Assembly (NCBI GenBank): GCA_025786725.1
Contig: JAHLTZ010000017.1
Coordinates: 1 to 64,000, forward strand
DNA from: Syncephalis fuscata S228
Taxonomy: Eukaryota > Fungi > Zoopagomycota
Reading direction: 5' to 3'
DNA length: 64,000 bases
The stretch's first letter is position 1. Every line of letters begins with the position of its first letter. Of the stretch, positions 52,479-64,000 are shown in pieces. The position numbers were made by a program, and so were the translations under genes. The notes beneath the pieces were generated by a model that saw nothing but the letters and a program-made list of their open reading frames with translations, was not told the DNA's origin and searched no databases.

Positions 52479-55400
52479 ATGGCCTTGTCAGATAGTGAAA
52501 GCGACAACCATCCTGTTGAATCTTTTCCTCTAGAGGAAACTCAAAGCCATTTCCAGCCAAGAACTGGCGAATCTATGGTGTCTGATACAGTAAACACAAA
52601 CGATAGTATGGGAAAGGCACGTTTATCCGACGATGAAGAGGGAAGTACGGCGCCGTTGATGGCAAGCCAGGGTGGCCGTATAGGCAGTATGAGCATTGAA
52701 GAAGAAGCTATGGAGGTAGGAAACTAGACGCTATTAGAGCAAGTAATATATTAATACACTATTTAGTCTTTATCGGCCCGTCAACGACGTCATACTTCAA
52801 GAGGCAATCGTATATCAGCCGAGGATGATGATGATGATGGAGATATAGGAGTGCGTGTTGTATTTGGACAAGCTAAAGACGGTTCACGGATTATACCACT
52901 AGGGAGACTGGGTAATATTTCTATATAATATGATAACTATACTTTAAACTTATTTATACAATAATATAGCTACTGAAGGAACTAATCGTCAAAAATACGC
53001 AGCCAATGTTATATGTAATCAGAAATATAATCTATTAACATTTGTACCCGTGGTGCTTTATGAGCAGTTTAAATTCTTTTTTAATCTGTACTTTCTACTT
53101 GTTGCTTTGTCACAATTTATACCCGAGTTACAAATTGGCAAGTGAAATAGTCATTTATACACTGAATATTAATGATCTATTAATTAAATTAGGCTATATT
53201 ATCACGTATATTGGACCACTATGCTTTGTACTGTTGGTCACAATGGCCACCGAAGCCCGAGATGATATTAAGCGACGACGACGTGACAAAGAAGCTAATG
53301 CTCAACGATACCGTCGATTAAACACGAATGGCGACCAACAAGATGTTACTGCTGCTGATATTGTTGTAGGCGATTTAGTAGTTATTTGCAAGGATCAACG
53401 AGTAAGTGCTTGTAATAACACATGTAGCATTATCGACTAATACTAGCTGTAATTAGATTCCAGCTGATATGATTCTATTACGCACAACTGAACAAGATGG
53501 CACTTGCTTTTTACGAACAGATCAATTAGACGGTGAAACCGATTGGAAATTAAGGTGAGTAATTGTTAACAGCGATATTAACATGTCATAATTAGAAAAT
53601 AATAGAATCGCTGTGCCATCAACACAACACCTACCAAGTGATGCTTCGTTATTACAGTTGATTGCTTATGTTAATGGTAATAAACATATTAGTAAAAATA
53701 AGTAAATACTAATCAATTATAATATTATATTAGCGGATCGACCTCATAAGGACATTCACACATTTATTGGCACATTGACTCGTTCTAATTCACTGGCTAG
53801 TTCATCGGCAGCTGAGTCATCGGTAAATTGCTACCATTTATTATTGCTATCTACTTATAGCGACTATAGGTTGATTCTTTGGGAGTGGAGAATACATTAT
53901 GGACAAATACAGTCTTGGCGGCTGGTAGTGCTGTAGGATTGGTTGTTTATACAGGCAGTGAGACGCGAGCTGTTATGAATACAAATCAGGCTGAAACAAA
54001 GATGGGCCAGCTTGATTGGGAGATTAATCGACTATCCAAGGTAAATAGTTGGCAATACTATAAGCAAGGACTAATAAATAGTGTAGATTTTATGTTTTGT
54101 TACATTTCTTATGTCTTTGCTATTGATTGCCTTGAATGAATTTCGAGGTATATGGTATGTCTACCTGGTTCGTTTTTTGATTCTATTCTCGTCGATCATT
54201 CCCATTAGGTAAGTAGTTGCTAAATCGTCTATTTAGCTAATCGTTTGAATGGTGTAGTTTGCGAGTTAATTTGGATATGGGCAAAACGCTGTATTCATCA
54301 CTTATTATGCGAGATGAAGACATTCCAGGCACAGTGGTGCGTACAAGTACTATTCCAGAAGAATTGGGTCGTATTGAGTATTTGCTATCGGATAAGACGG
54401 GGACTTTAACGAAAAATGGTATGATAATGGCAATTTATTCTATAACATAGCTGTATACTAATTAAAATGAAGACATGGAACTTAAGAAACTACATATGGG
54501 TACTATGGCATTCAGCGCTGACTCAATGGATGAAGTGTCAAACCATTTAGTGGAAGCATTCCACAGAGAAGGTAATTGTTTAATAGAGTAAACAACTATT
54601 ACTTATATGATTGGTTTAAGGAACGGACATGGCTACTCGAGTACGTAGAGATATGTCAGCTCGTGTTCGAGATGTGGCACTGGCACTGGCGCTATGCCAT
54701 AATGTAACACCGATCGAATCGGACATTGACAAGTCGATTACTTACCAGGCTGCATCGCCAGATGAAGTGGCCATTGTACGGTGGACAGCCAGTGTAGGAT
54801 TGCGTTTAGCAGCCCGTGATTTACACACCATCACATTGACAGCACCGGATGGACAACATACCTACACAGTACTGGATATATTTCCATTTACTAGTGAATC
54901 AAAACGTATGGGTATTATTGTACGAGAAATGACCACAGGAGAGATTATATTTTACGAGAAGGGAGCAGATGTTGTAATGACACGTATAGTTCAGTTTAAC
55001 GATTGGTAGGATAGATTAGTTGGTACATTCTACCTTTTGTGCTCACTCATACTAGGTTGGATGAAGAATGCGGTAATATGGCTCGTGAAGGATTGCGCAC
55101 ACTTGTTGTAGCTCGTAAACGATTGTCAGAAGAAGCATATAAAGAGTTTCAAGAAAAGTACAGTATAGCCGACAAGCGTCAAAGCTACTATTGACAATGT
55201 GCATTTGAATAGATATGCCGCGGCCAAGATTGCTTTCTATGATAGAAGTGGAGCAATTAGAGAAGCTATGAAGGATTTGGAACAAGATTTGGAACTACTT
55301 GGTCTAACAGGCGTAGAGGATCGACTACAAGTAAGTATACACTCTACTGCATTATTATACTGATCAGCTATGCTATTAGACTGATGTCAAAAATACTCTT

Positions 55401-56812
55401 GAAGTACTCCGAAATGCTGGATTAAAGATTTGGATGTTAACGGGTAAGTTATGGATGAATTGTATGGATTATCCTTAATATGTAAATAGGTGACAAGATT
55501 GAAACGGCTATTTGTATTGCTATTTCATCACGGCTCGTATCACGCAGCCAAACATTCCATCAAATTGCTAAAGGTAAACTAGTAGAATATTGACTAAGTA
55601 GTACTAATTATGATTTAGTGACCCGTGTTGATGAAATACTTGAGGAATTGGATGCATTGCGCAATAAGCGAGATTGCTGTCTAGTGATTGACGGTGAATC
55701 GTTGCAGTTGTGTCTTGATCAGTGCCGTGATGAGTTTATCGCTTTGGCCGTTCAATTGCCAGCTGTCGTTTGTTGTCGCTGTTCACCAACTCAAAAGGCC
55801 GATATCACCCGTATTATTAAACAAACAACAGGTCGTCGGGTCTGCGCCATTGGTGATGGTGGCAATGACGTATCGATGATTCAAGCAGCTCATGTTGGTG
55901 TCGGTATTGAGGGTAAAGAAGGCCGACAAGCATCACTGGCGGCCGATTTCTCCATTACTGAATTTAAACATCTACCGAAACTATTGCTATGGCATGGCCG
56001 TAATAGCTATAAACGATCAGCGAAACTAAGTCAGTTTGTTATTCATCGTGGTCTTATTATCTCGGTGATGCAAGCAGTATTTTCATCCATCTTTTACTAT
56101 GCGCCTATTGCGCTTTATCAAGGCGTGCTTATTGCCGGCTACTCAACCGTGTTTACTATGGCACCGGTATTTTCTCTCGTATTAGATCGCGATGTTAGTG
56201 AAGATACTGCGCTTATCTATCCAGAACTGTACAAAGAATTGCGTAAAGGGCGGTCTCTATCGTTTAAAACATTCTTTTCCTGGTTATTAGTTAGTTTGTA
56301 TCAAGGTAAGTTGCAGTGAAGATATATGAATGAATGAGTGTAGCAATTAATTACTATTTATATGTGATATAATTATTAGGAGGTGCCATTATGATGATGG
56401 CCATTTGGCTATTCAGAGAAGAGTTTATGAACATTGTGTCTATTTCATTTACTGCTCTTGTACTGAACGAGTTACTTATGGTGGCATTTGAAATTAATAC
56501 TTGGTAAGTAGCTATGCGCTTCTATCAATGGTATACTAACGAGTTATTTAGGCATCGATATATGATCTATGCTGAAGTTGCCACATTGGGCATTTACATT
56601 GGTTCAATGTCATTCCTAGATGTTGATTTTGGTAAGTGTGACTATAATGGTATTAGTGCAAGCTTAACATTTGATTAGATATGAAGTTTATTCTTACATG
56701 GGCATTTGTCTGGCGTGTACTGGTAATCACTGCCGTAAGCAGTCTGCCTCTATTTGTTATTAAGCGAGCACGTCGTATGTTAGCACCACCCAGCTATGCC
56801 AAACTAACCTAA
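52479..56812 (+). CDS. NEO1: P4-ATPase flippase Neo1/ATP9
   Basis: [62 protein letters not shown]. Confidence 0.95.
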
Positions 56813-56947
56813 ACTTTTAAATAAACTATCATTATATCTGTGAATTCGTTAGTTATATGTGCACTTTTAATTGTAATTCATTCATTTATTTAAGCAATAT
56901 ATAAAAGCTGTTATTTATATTTAGCTTGATGCAATGTTGTTTATAAC

Positions 56948-57567
56948 TGTGTTGAATGATAGAATGCAGGTTGGACAGAAATGTGTAAATAGTTTTAGTC
57001 CAAAGGCCAGTCCATTTGTTGTTTGACATACAATGTAAATTGATTAGGCCTTTGGTTTAGGTATTTAGCGACACCATTGATTTAGTGAGTACAATTTAGT
57101 GATTTGCCAAATAATATTGATGCTTTTTAAATAGATGTACAAACTAGTTTAATTGTGTGGAAACGGCCTATATGTTAATAGAATAAAGTGCTTATTACGC
57201 ATTTGACTATCCATAACAATTTACACATTAAGTACATAAATATACAACTAGAACATGCTACAATAGTCGAATGAAATACTGTATCAAACACTTATGTACA
57301 ATTTTTGCAACAAATATAGACAATGGTACAAATGACGTTCATCATGGCCAAATTTGTACATAGCTAGTGTATGAGCGGCTTTGTTCTAATTGTGTCGGCC
57401 ATTTGCATATTGTGTAACAACATGTTTGGCAATAATATAGGCCATAATAAACAATATTAAATAGCAAGCATGTGATGCATTCTTTTTCCTCTAGCATTCC
57501 TTTGCACTTTCAATTTATCTTTATTGCATTTCAGCATATCTATATTTCAGCATATTTATATTTCAAC
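56948..57567 (+). repeat. Duplicated upstream region of 2-TM member 2
   Basis: Matches 60155-60754; about 9 differences in the distal ~390 bp, more diverged close to the ATG. Confidence 0.9.
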
Positions 57568-59103
57568 ATGTTTAAAATGACAAATTTTCAGCATGAGCCG
57601 AAACGGCTAATTGTGACACGGTTTATTATAATGTTTCTTGTAACAAGCGGCCTTGCAATATATCTTATATTCCAGTTAATCAAATTTTTTGATGGTGGAG
57701 ATATATATCGCTTATATGAAAATCGAGCACCCGTAAAAGTACCTGCATTGCTATTTATTGGAGCTTCTGGAGCACCATTGCCAAAACCATTAGTATCCGC
57801 AAATTCGATTGCAGAAAATGCAACTAAAGTATCAGACAATGATATTTCTTTCAACGTCAAAGAGCTTATGTGGGGAGAAGATATTAAGAAGTCACCATTA
57901 AAATATTTTATGTCCTTAACAGAAGTATCCAATGCTACTAAGGTATTTGGATTTTATCCTGATGAAAACTGGGCCATTACACCATATGGTAGACAAAAAG
58001 CCAACACTCCATCATCCGTTATAACTAGTTTTTCTATGCTTAATATTGCTTTTTTAAAGGCCATCACCAATGATACAATGTCAAACACTGAAAGCACTAT
58101 GATGCACGTTATAGATGAATTACATTATGACCAATTGAAAAATGCACGACAAAACAGACGGCCATTAGACGTTGGATTGCTAGGTAATGTACGCGGTACT
58201 CCTCTACATTGGGGTACTAAGACGACTATCAGCATTCTTCAATCTTCAAAAAAAACAGGCTCTAAACAAACAGCAAAATATAACATTCGTATTGATTCAA
58301 CAGAAGCAATATTACCATACAGAATTATAGTTGATTTAAAGGTTATGAATGAGCCTTATGACGACTGGAACTTTATTATTGATGTAAATGAAAACGTTAA
58401 ACTATATACGTTTCTTGGTGTAATCAGCCCAGTTGGTGGATTATTATCCATTGCACTATATGTATTTGCATTTTTATTTGGTCACAAGCGACTACGTCCA
58501 TGGGGAATTGTGCAACGATTTATGATGCGAAATCGAATTCTTAGTAAAGTTCCTCGTACTGTGGCAGTAATCGGGTCAGCATGGAGTACACCTAAACAAA
58601 ATCCTTTGGGACATGATTCCGCTATTGAACACGAGGAGAGTGCAATTCAACATGATTCTAGTATTCATACAGTGCCAACATTAGTTAGCCAGCAAAGAAG
58701 TGTTAATACAACAATACAATTCGCTCAAGAACCAACAATTTATCGAAACCGCAACATTGGATCACAAAACTCGGTTTTGGGTGATTTTCAGCAGCTTAGA
58801 CGGGAAATTGAGCAGATAAAAACTGCAATGATGCTAGGAAACAATCCGTCTGCACAAGAACAAAGCAATACACATCTTGCACCTCCTAATAATAATGGTG
58901 CACAGGCACGTGATGGTAGCTCAATAGCCGACAACAGGGCATCAAACTACAATATTTTTACCGACGTACGAATCAATGATTTGGAGGCCTTTCGTCAGCG
59001 CGTTGAGACATTCTACTTGGCATCCGACTTGTTTGAGGTGCAAGGAGGACCGAAAGCAAACAAGCGCAGCACCATGCAAATACTTACCAATCTCAATCTT
59101 TAA
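57568..59103 (+). CDS. Intronless 2-TM membrane protein, family member 2
   Basis: MFKMTNFQHEPKRLIV start aligns with the paralog ATG; LFGHKRLRPWGIVQR; FYLASDLFEVQ. Confidence 0.85.
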   Translation: MFKMTNFQHEPKRLIVTRFIIMFLVTSGLAIYLIFQLIKFFDGGDIYRLYENRAPVKVPALLFIGASGAPLPKPLVSANSIAENATKVSDNDISFNVKELMWGEDIKKSPLKYFMSLTEVSNATKVFGFYPDENWAITPYGRQKANTPSSVITSFSMLNIAFLKAITNDTMSNTESTMMHVIDELHYDQLKNARQNRRPLDVGLLGNVRGTPLHWGTKTTISILQSSKKTGSKQTAKYNIRIDSTEAILPYRIIVDLKVMNEPYDDWNFIIDVNENVKLYTFLGVISPVGGLLSIALYVFAFLFGHKRLRPWGIVQRFMMRNRILSKVPRTVAVIGSAWSTPKQNPLGHDSAIEHEESAIQHDSSIHTVPTLVSQQRSVNTTIQFAQEPTIYRNRNIGSQNSVLGDFQQLRREIEQIKTAMMLGNNPSAQEQSNTHLAPPNNNGAQARDGSSIADNRASNYNIFTDVRINDLEAFRQRVETFYLASDLFEVQGGPKANKRSTMQILTNLNL

Positions 59104-59539
59104 CACTATGTTTATCTGCATTATAGTATATAATAAACGACATTTATTTAAGTGCCAAACAAATGAGACGCTGAATAGTGTTTGCATGCCATGTCGGTCG
59201 GTTTCAGCTTGGCAAAGGAAACGGGTGTCTGTAAACATGAAGCGTGTTTCAAACTCGTTGTGTGTCAGGCCAAACAGGGGTGCAGTATGAATTGCATGCT
59301 GTGCAACCATACAACATTGTGCGCGAACAAAGCATGTGCACCATCATCACTACAAAAGGCTGCCAACATTCGGCCCATTGCCACTATTCAACACACACAC
59401 ACTTTCTACTTGTTACTATCTCGTCTGTTGACCAGACTATCATATCTTCTGCCACCATTGTTTATTCGTTTGATAGGCCGGCCCTATTACAAGTATCTAT
59501 TGATCTGTAACTTACTATTTCTGTGTCTAAGCTATCAAC

Positions 59540-59998
59540 ATGCGTTTCCTGGTTCTCTTCGTTTTCACCATCTTTGCTGCAGTTGTATCAGCATTACCGG
59601 TTCCATCCAATCCATATGGCGGTAATTATAGATCTAATATGCTGAGTGTTATAAACAATGATCGCGAAGCTCGTAATTTAAATGCAGCTACTTTATCAAA
59701 CTGCTTAAATGCTGTCGCAGCACAGCACAGCCAACAACTTCGGGAAGAATCAGGAACAGCTGAGTTTTCAGATGGAAAATCATTAAATGATAATACCGAT
59801 TTAAGCTGTAAAGATTCGCTTGGTGAAATAACAGTGCGTGATGTGACATTGTCCCTCACTGAATCGGAAATCATGCAATATTGGATATCGAACAATTCAG
59901 TAAATTCCCTTTTAACGAGTGAAAACGCGCAAGTTGGTTTTGGAGTTAATGAAAATGCATTTGGTCGTCAATATTGGACAATAGCTTTTACTAACTAA
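59540..59998 (+). CDS. Secreted CAP/SCP (PR-1-like) domain protein
   Basis: Signal peptide MRFLVLFVFTIFAAVVSA; LSVINNDREARNL..L...LNAVAAQHS; VGFG...YWTIAF. Confidence 0.78.
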   Translation: MRFLVLFVFTIFAAVVSALPVPSNPYGGNYRSNMLSVINNDREARNLNAATLSNCLNAVAAQHSQQLREESGTAEFSDGKSLNDNTDLSCKDSLGEITVRDVTLSLTESEIMQYWISNNSVNSLLTSENAQVGFGVNENAFGRQYWTIAFTN

Positions 59999-60154
59999 AT
60001 AAAAGTTATTTTAGCAACAATAAGCACATTATTTTTATACATTCAAAACATTTATTCATGTTTATTTAATAAATAACCAGTTTTTTAATAACTAAAATTT
60101 TAATTAAATATAATATTTTTTACTCTTACAATATATCATTGATAAAATAGCTAT

Positions 60155-60754
60155 TGTGTTGAATGATAGGATGCAGGTTGGACAGAAATGTGTAAATAGT
60201 TTTAGTCCAAAGGCCAGTTTATTTGTTGTTTGACATACAATGTAAATTGATTAGGCCTTTGGTTTAGGTATTTAGCGACACCATTGATTTAGTGAGTACA
60301 GTTTAGTGATTTGCCAAATAATATTGATGCTTTTAAATAGATGTACAAACTAGTTTAATTGTGTGGAAACGGCCTATATGTTAATAGAATAAAGTGCTTA
60401 TTACGCATTTGACTATCCATAACAATTTACACATTAAGTACATAAATATACAACTAGAACATGCTACAATAGTCGAATGAAATACTGTATCAAATACTTA
60501 TGTACAAAGTTTGCAACAAATATAGACAATGGTGCAAATGACGTTTAATATTACCAACGTTGTGCATAGCTGCTGCATGAGCGACTTTGCTCTGGTTGTG
60601 TATCGGCCATTTGCATATTGTGTAACAAGTTGCCTGGTAAAAATACTAATTTCATTGAACTATATTAAATAACAAGCATGAATACATCCTTTCTTCTCTA
60701 GCATTACTTTGCATCTTTCATCTTTATTGCATTTCATCATATCTATATTTTAAC
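60155..60754 (+). repeat. Duplicated upstream region of 2-TM member 3
   Basis: Direct repeat of 56948-57567. Confidence 0.9.
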
Positions 60755-62230
60755 ATGCGTCAAATGATATATCCCCAGCATGAACCAAAGCGATTAATTG
60801 TTGCACGCCTTATTATAATATTTCTTATAGTAGGCGCGCTTGCAGCAATCTTTGGATTACAGATACAGAAAGCTATCGAGTCTCGTGATATTTATCGCAC
60901 CTATGTCGACAGTGGCAAAGTTAAAATACCAGCAATAATGTTAATTGGCGATGCAGTCTGGAAATATGATATTTACACAGTGCTTGGGAAATCAGTTGAT
61001 ACCAGTGGGCGAAATATTGTAAACAATAGTGTTCTAGATTCAAATCTTTGGGCATTAGAATGGGGATCACAAATTTATGAAGGCCCATTTAATCGAGCGA
61101 GAAATGAATTTGGAAATCAAACAAAAGATGCCAAAGTGTTTTTAGCAAACGAAGATTGGCGGCTAACACCAAATGGGATAAACCAGGCAAACGCAAATGG
61201 CCAAAAAAATCGTAATTTTTCGGAAATAGCTTTTATGATCGCAAAAAAGCATCTAGATACTATAGCAGATCGAACCTCACTTCATGTTTTTCTCTTAGAA
61301 CGAGCAGATAACCTAAAGCTTAGGGGATCTTTGAAGGATAGCGGCCCTTTCAATATCAATTTATTGAACCAAGCAATGACAACAAGAGTACAGTGGGGCA
61401 CCCAAAAAGTTATAAAAATCCAGCAATCTTATGTTAAAGAAGAGGCTGAGGCTGAGCCCAAGTATGAAGTTTATTCAGAAACCTTTATTGGTAACCCTTA
61501 TGTAATGATCATTACCATAAAAGCGTCTAATCATCCAGACCCTGAAAAAGATCTTTACCAAATCAAAACTATGGAAAGAGCTGCTCTTATTAGATGGTAT
61601 GATTTCATTAGTCTGATCGGTGGAACTATGATTATTGCGCTATATGTGTTTACATTTTTATTCGGTCAAAGACGACTACGTCCCTGGGGAATCGTGCAAC
61701 GATTTATGTTGCGGAATCAAATTCTTAGTAAAATACCTCGTTCAGTGGCAGTAGTCGGTTCAGAAGATACTACAACTAAAAAGAAATCATTGGGACATGA
61801 TTCGGTTATTGGACAAGATGAAGGTGAAATCCAACACCAATTCAATCATCATGAAAAGCCAACACTCCAGCGAAGTCATAGTAATGCATCACAAAAGCTA
61901 GTTCTGAATGAATTGCAGCAGCCTAAATGGCAAATGGAACAAATGGAGACGGCACTATTATTGGGAAATGCACAGGCTGTGTCGGAACAAACCCTTACAT
62001 ACTTTGCACCGCATAGTAGCTATGGTGCACAAACACGTAGCAGCCACTCGGCAGTTGACAACAGAGCATCATACTACAGTCGCCCTACCAATATACGAAT
62101 TGACGAATTAGAAGCTTTTCGTCAACGCGTTGAAGCATTCTACTTGGCATCCGACTTGTTTGAGGTACAGGAAGGATCGGAAACAAATAAGCGCAACACC
62201 CTGCAAGTACTTACCAATCTCAATCTTTAA
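60755..62230 (+). CDS. Intronless 2-TM membrane protein, family member 3
   Basis: QHEPKRLIVAR, IGG-TM2-LFGQRRLRPWGIVQR, LEAFRQRVEAFYLASDLFEVQ. Confidence 0.85.
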   Translation: MRQMIYPQHEPKRLIVARLIIIFLIVGALAAIFGLQIQKAIESRDIYRTYVDSGKVKIPAIMLIGDAVWKYDIYTVLGKSVDTSGRNIVNNSVLDSNLWALEWGSQIYEGPFNRARNEFGNQTKDAKVFLANEDWRLTPNGINQANANGQKNRNFSEIAFMIAKKHLDTIADRTSLHVFLLERADNLKLRGSLKDSGPFNINLLNQAMTTRVQWGTQKVIKIQQSYVKEEAEAEPKYEVYSETFIGNPYVMIITIKASNHPDPEKDLYQIKTMERAALIRWYDFISLIGGTMIIALYVFTFLFGQRRLRPWGIVQRFMLRNQILSKIPRSVAVVGSEDTTTKKKSLGHDSVIGQDEGEIQHQFNHHEKPTLQRSHSNASQKLVLNELQQPKWQMEQMETALLLGNAQAVSEQTLTYFAPHSSYGAQTRSSHSAVDNRASYYSRPTNIRIDELEAFRQRVEAFYLASDLFEVQEGSETNKRNTLQVLTNLNL

Positions 62231-62589
62231 CAATATGTTTATCTGCATTATAGTATATAATAAACTACATTTATTTAAGTGCCAAACAAATAATACATTA
62301 ACAGCGATCTTATATTATGTAGATCATAACAATTGTATGTATATTCTAATCAGCAATATTTAAAAATCTAGATTTTACGTATGTAGTCTCAATAAAAATG
62401 ACACGTTAATCATTGGAACCTAATCGTTTAAGTAGATTTAGTTATTTAAATATATCACATTGTCTATTGTATTAATATTTTATATTTTTAGTTATATACA
62501 CTTGCTAAAAACAGTCATGTTTAATTATTGTCAAAAACATAGTTGTGTTATTCAGGTATAAGCACATCAACAGATTTGTTTAGATTTTA

Positions 62590-64000
62590 TTATGTATTGG
62601 AAAAGAGTCTTTTAGGCAGGGATGTTGGTAGCATTCGTCCAACATACATCATCCAGCAACTTGTGCTAATATGAAATACCATCCAGGCTGCTTGATACAA
62701 ATATTTAGGAGAAAACACAGTCCAGATAAATAAATGATATCGTAGAACGGTTACAGCTATTGACAGACCGAGAAGACTGAATGAAAAAAACACCTTGTTC
62801 ATCCATAGCCATAAGGTAATCGACTGTGACCATGCATCTATATCATTATTAGTATCCAATGATTGTTGCAATAATGGCGCTGTCAGGCTTTCGTCCGTAT
62901 TTGTATTTTTATCAGTATTAGCAGTCGATGATGCAAGTAACGAGAATGATAAGTAGGAGCTCTTTTCATGGCCTAGCTCTATGACCGTGCCAAGTGCCAT
63001 CATGCCAGCTAGTGCCCACCAGATGGGACCGGTCCAATTGCAAATAAATGCAAGTAAGCCGACAATTGCTGGTATAAATGTTGTTATACCAACATAGGCA
63101 TTATTCAACTCGAAAGAAGCAAGTGAGTTGCTATTGCCGAGGGCAAAGAATGCAACTTGTTGCAATACAAGTATTGGTATACCCAATTGCACTGTATACA
63201 TAATGGTACTGAGCCCAGGATTACCTTGGCTATTCTTTTCAAACATGGTTTTCAAGCATCGTATATAATTAATCAAAGCATACAATTGTCCGCCAAAAAT
63301 GACAAATACAAATGAATTATGCATACGAGCAAGTAGAATTAGCAACAGTGTAGTAGCCATCAAATAAAGTTGTAATCGGTCACTGGTTCGAGTTTGCTGT
63401 TGAGATGCATTATTTGGCCAGAAACTAGCCATCATCAGCAGAGTAAATATACCGAAATAGGCAAGTCTAGCTAGAGTCAGTTTACCAATATGATCGATCA
63501 TCCAGTGGCCAATAATTGCCGGTATATCTAGATGCGATTCAGCTTCATAGGCCAGTTTATAAAATATCACCATACTACCGGTAATAGCTATGGTAATTGT
63601 AATGGCAATATTTCGTAGATTTCCTAAATAGTACTGCCGATGTCGTACCAGTGTAATGTATATACCCCATCCACACACTGCAATAACGCTTATAAACATT
63701 AGTAAGCGACGCAGATCCATGTGCGTGCTGTTTAAATAAAAACGAATATCCAATTGATCTGCATATTTTTGACCTAAATACAATGTAAATATAATTATCT
63801 ATTTTACTATTATCTAAACCAATTACCTGTCTGATTCCATACTCGTAGTAAACGCATCAATATCATTTGAAACAGTGGATAAATAACCAACTGTCTTTGA
63901 TTTATACGATCAGAAGATGGCCACCTATAAATAATTAACACTTTTCAATATGTATTTATTCTTGATTACTTACCATAATATTATTTGTATCAGCCAAATA
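62590..64000 (-). CDS. GPI7: GPI ethanolamine-phosphate transferase 2 (Gpi7/PIG-G), C-terminal part; runs off the right edge
   Basis: FFALGNSNSLASFELNNAYVG, LRYHLFIWTVFSPKYLY. Confidence 0.85.

Noticed and set aside
55444-55489. NEO1 intron with ATCCTTAAT near the acceptor as a U12 intron
   Set aside because: The donor is canonical U2-type GTAAGT

Overview
Eukaryotic, AT-rich, gene-dense fungal DNA with many short (~50-70 nt) introns. The style and gene content suggest an early-diverging fungus, probably Zoopagomycota such as Syncephalis (inference only). Housekeeping genes in order: TAF6 (partial), PDK1/Pkh, SLC35E-type transporter, RPL27, RPL23, CDC42, ABZ1, PDA1, SFC1, HELLS/IRC5, eIF1, TIM21, SPB4, PP5/PPT1, INTS2-like, SGT2, VPS1, NEO1 and GPI7 (partial). 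Lineage-specific genes are two tandem 7-TM GPCR-like genes, three intronless 2-TM membrane paralogs, a secreted CAP protein and one orphan. The most striking locus is eIF1 (36.8-38.0 kb). It has substitutions at classic start-codon-fidelity residues and a poor-context AUG. Its second coding intron looks U12-type (minor spliceosome) and hosts a box C/D snoRNA (snR63/SNORD46-like) inside a long hairpin. A second U12-type intron lies in PDK1. The tandem 2-TM pair has near-identical flanks but very divergent ectodomains. Several 1-nt deletions in essential genes look like consensus errors. All splice models and identities were read by eye.
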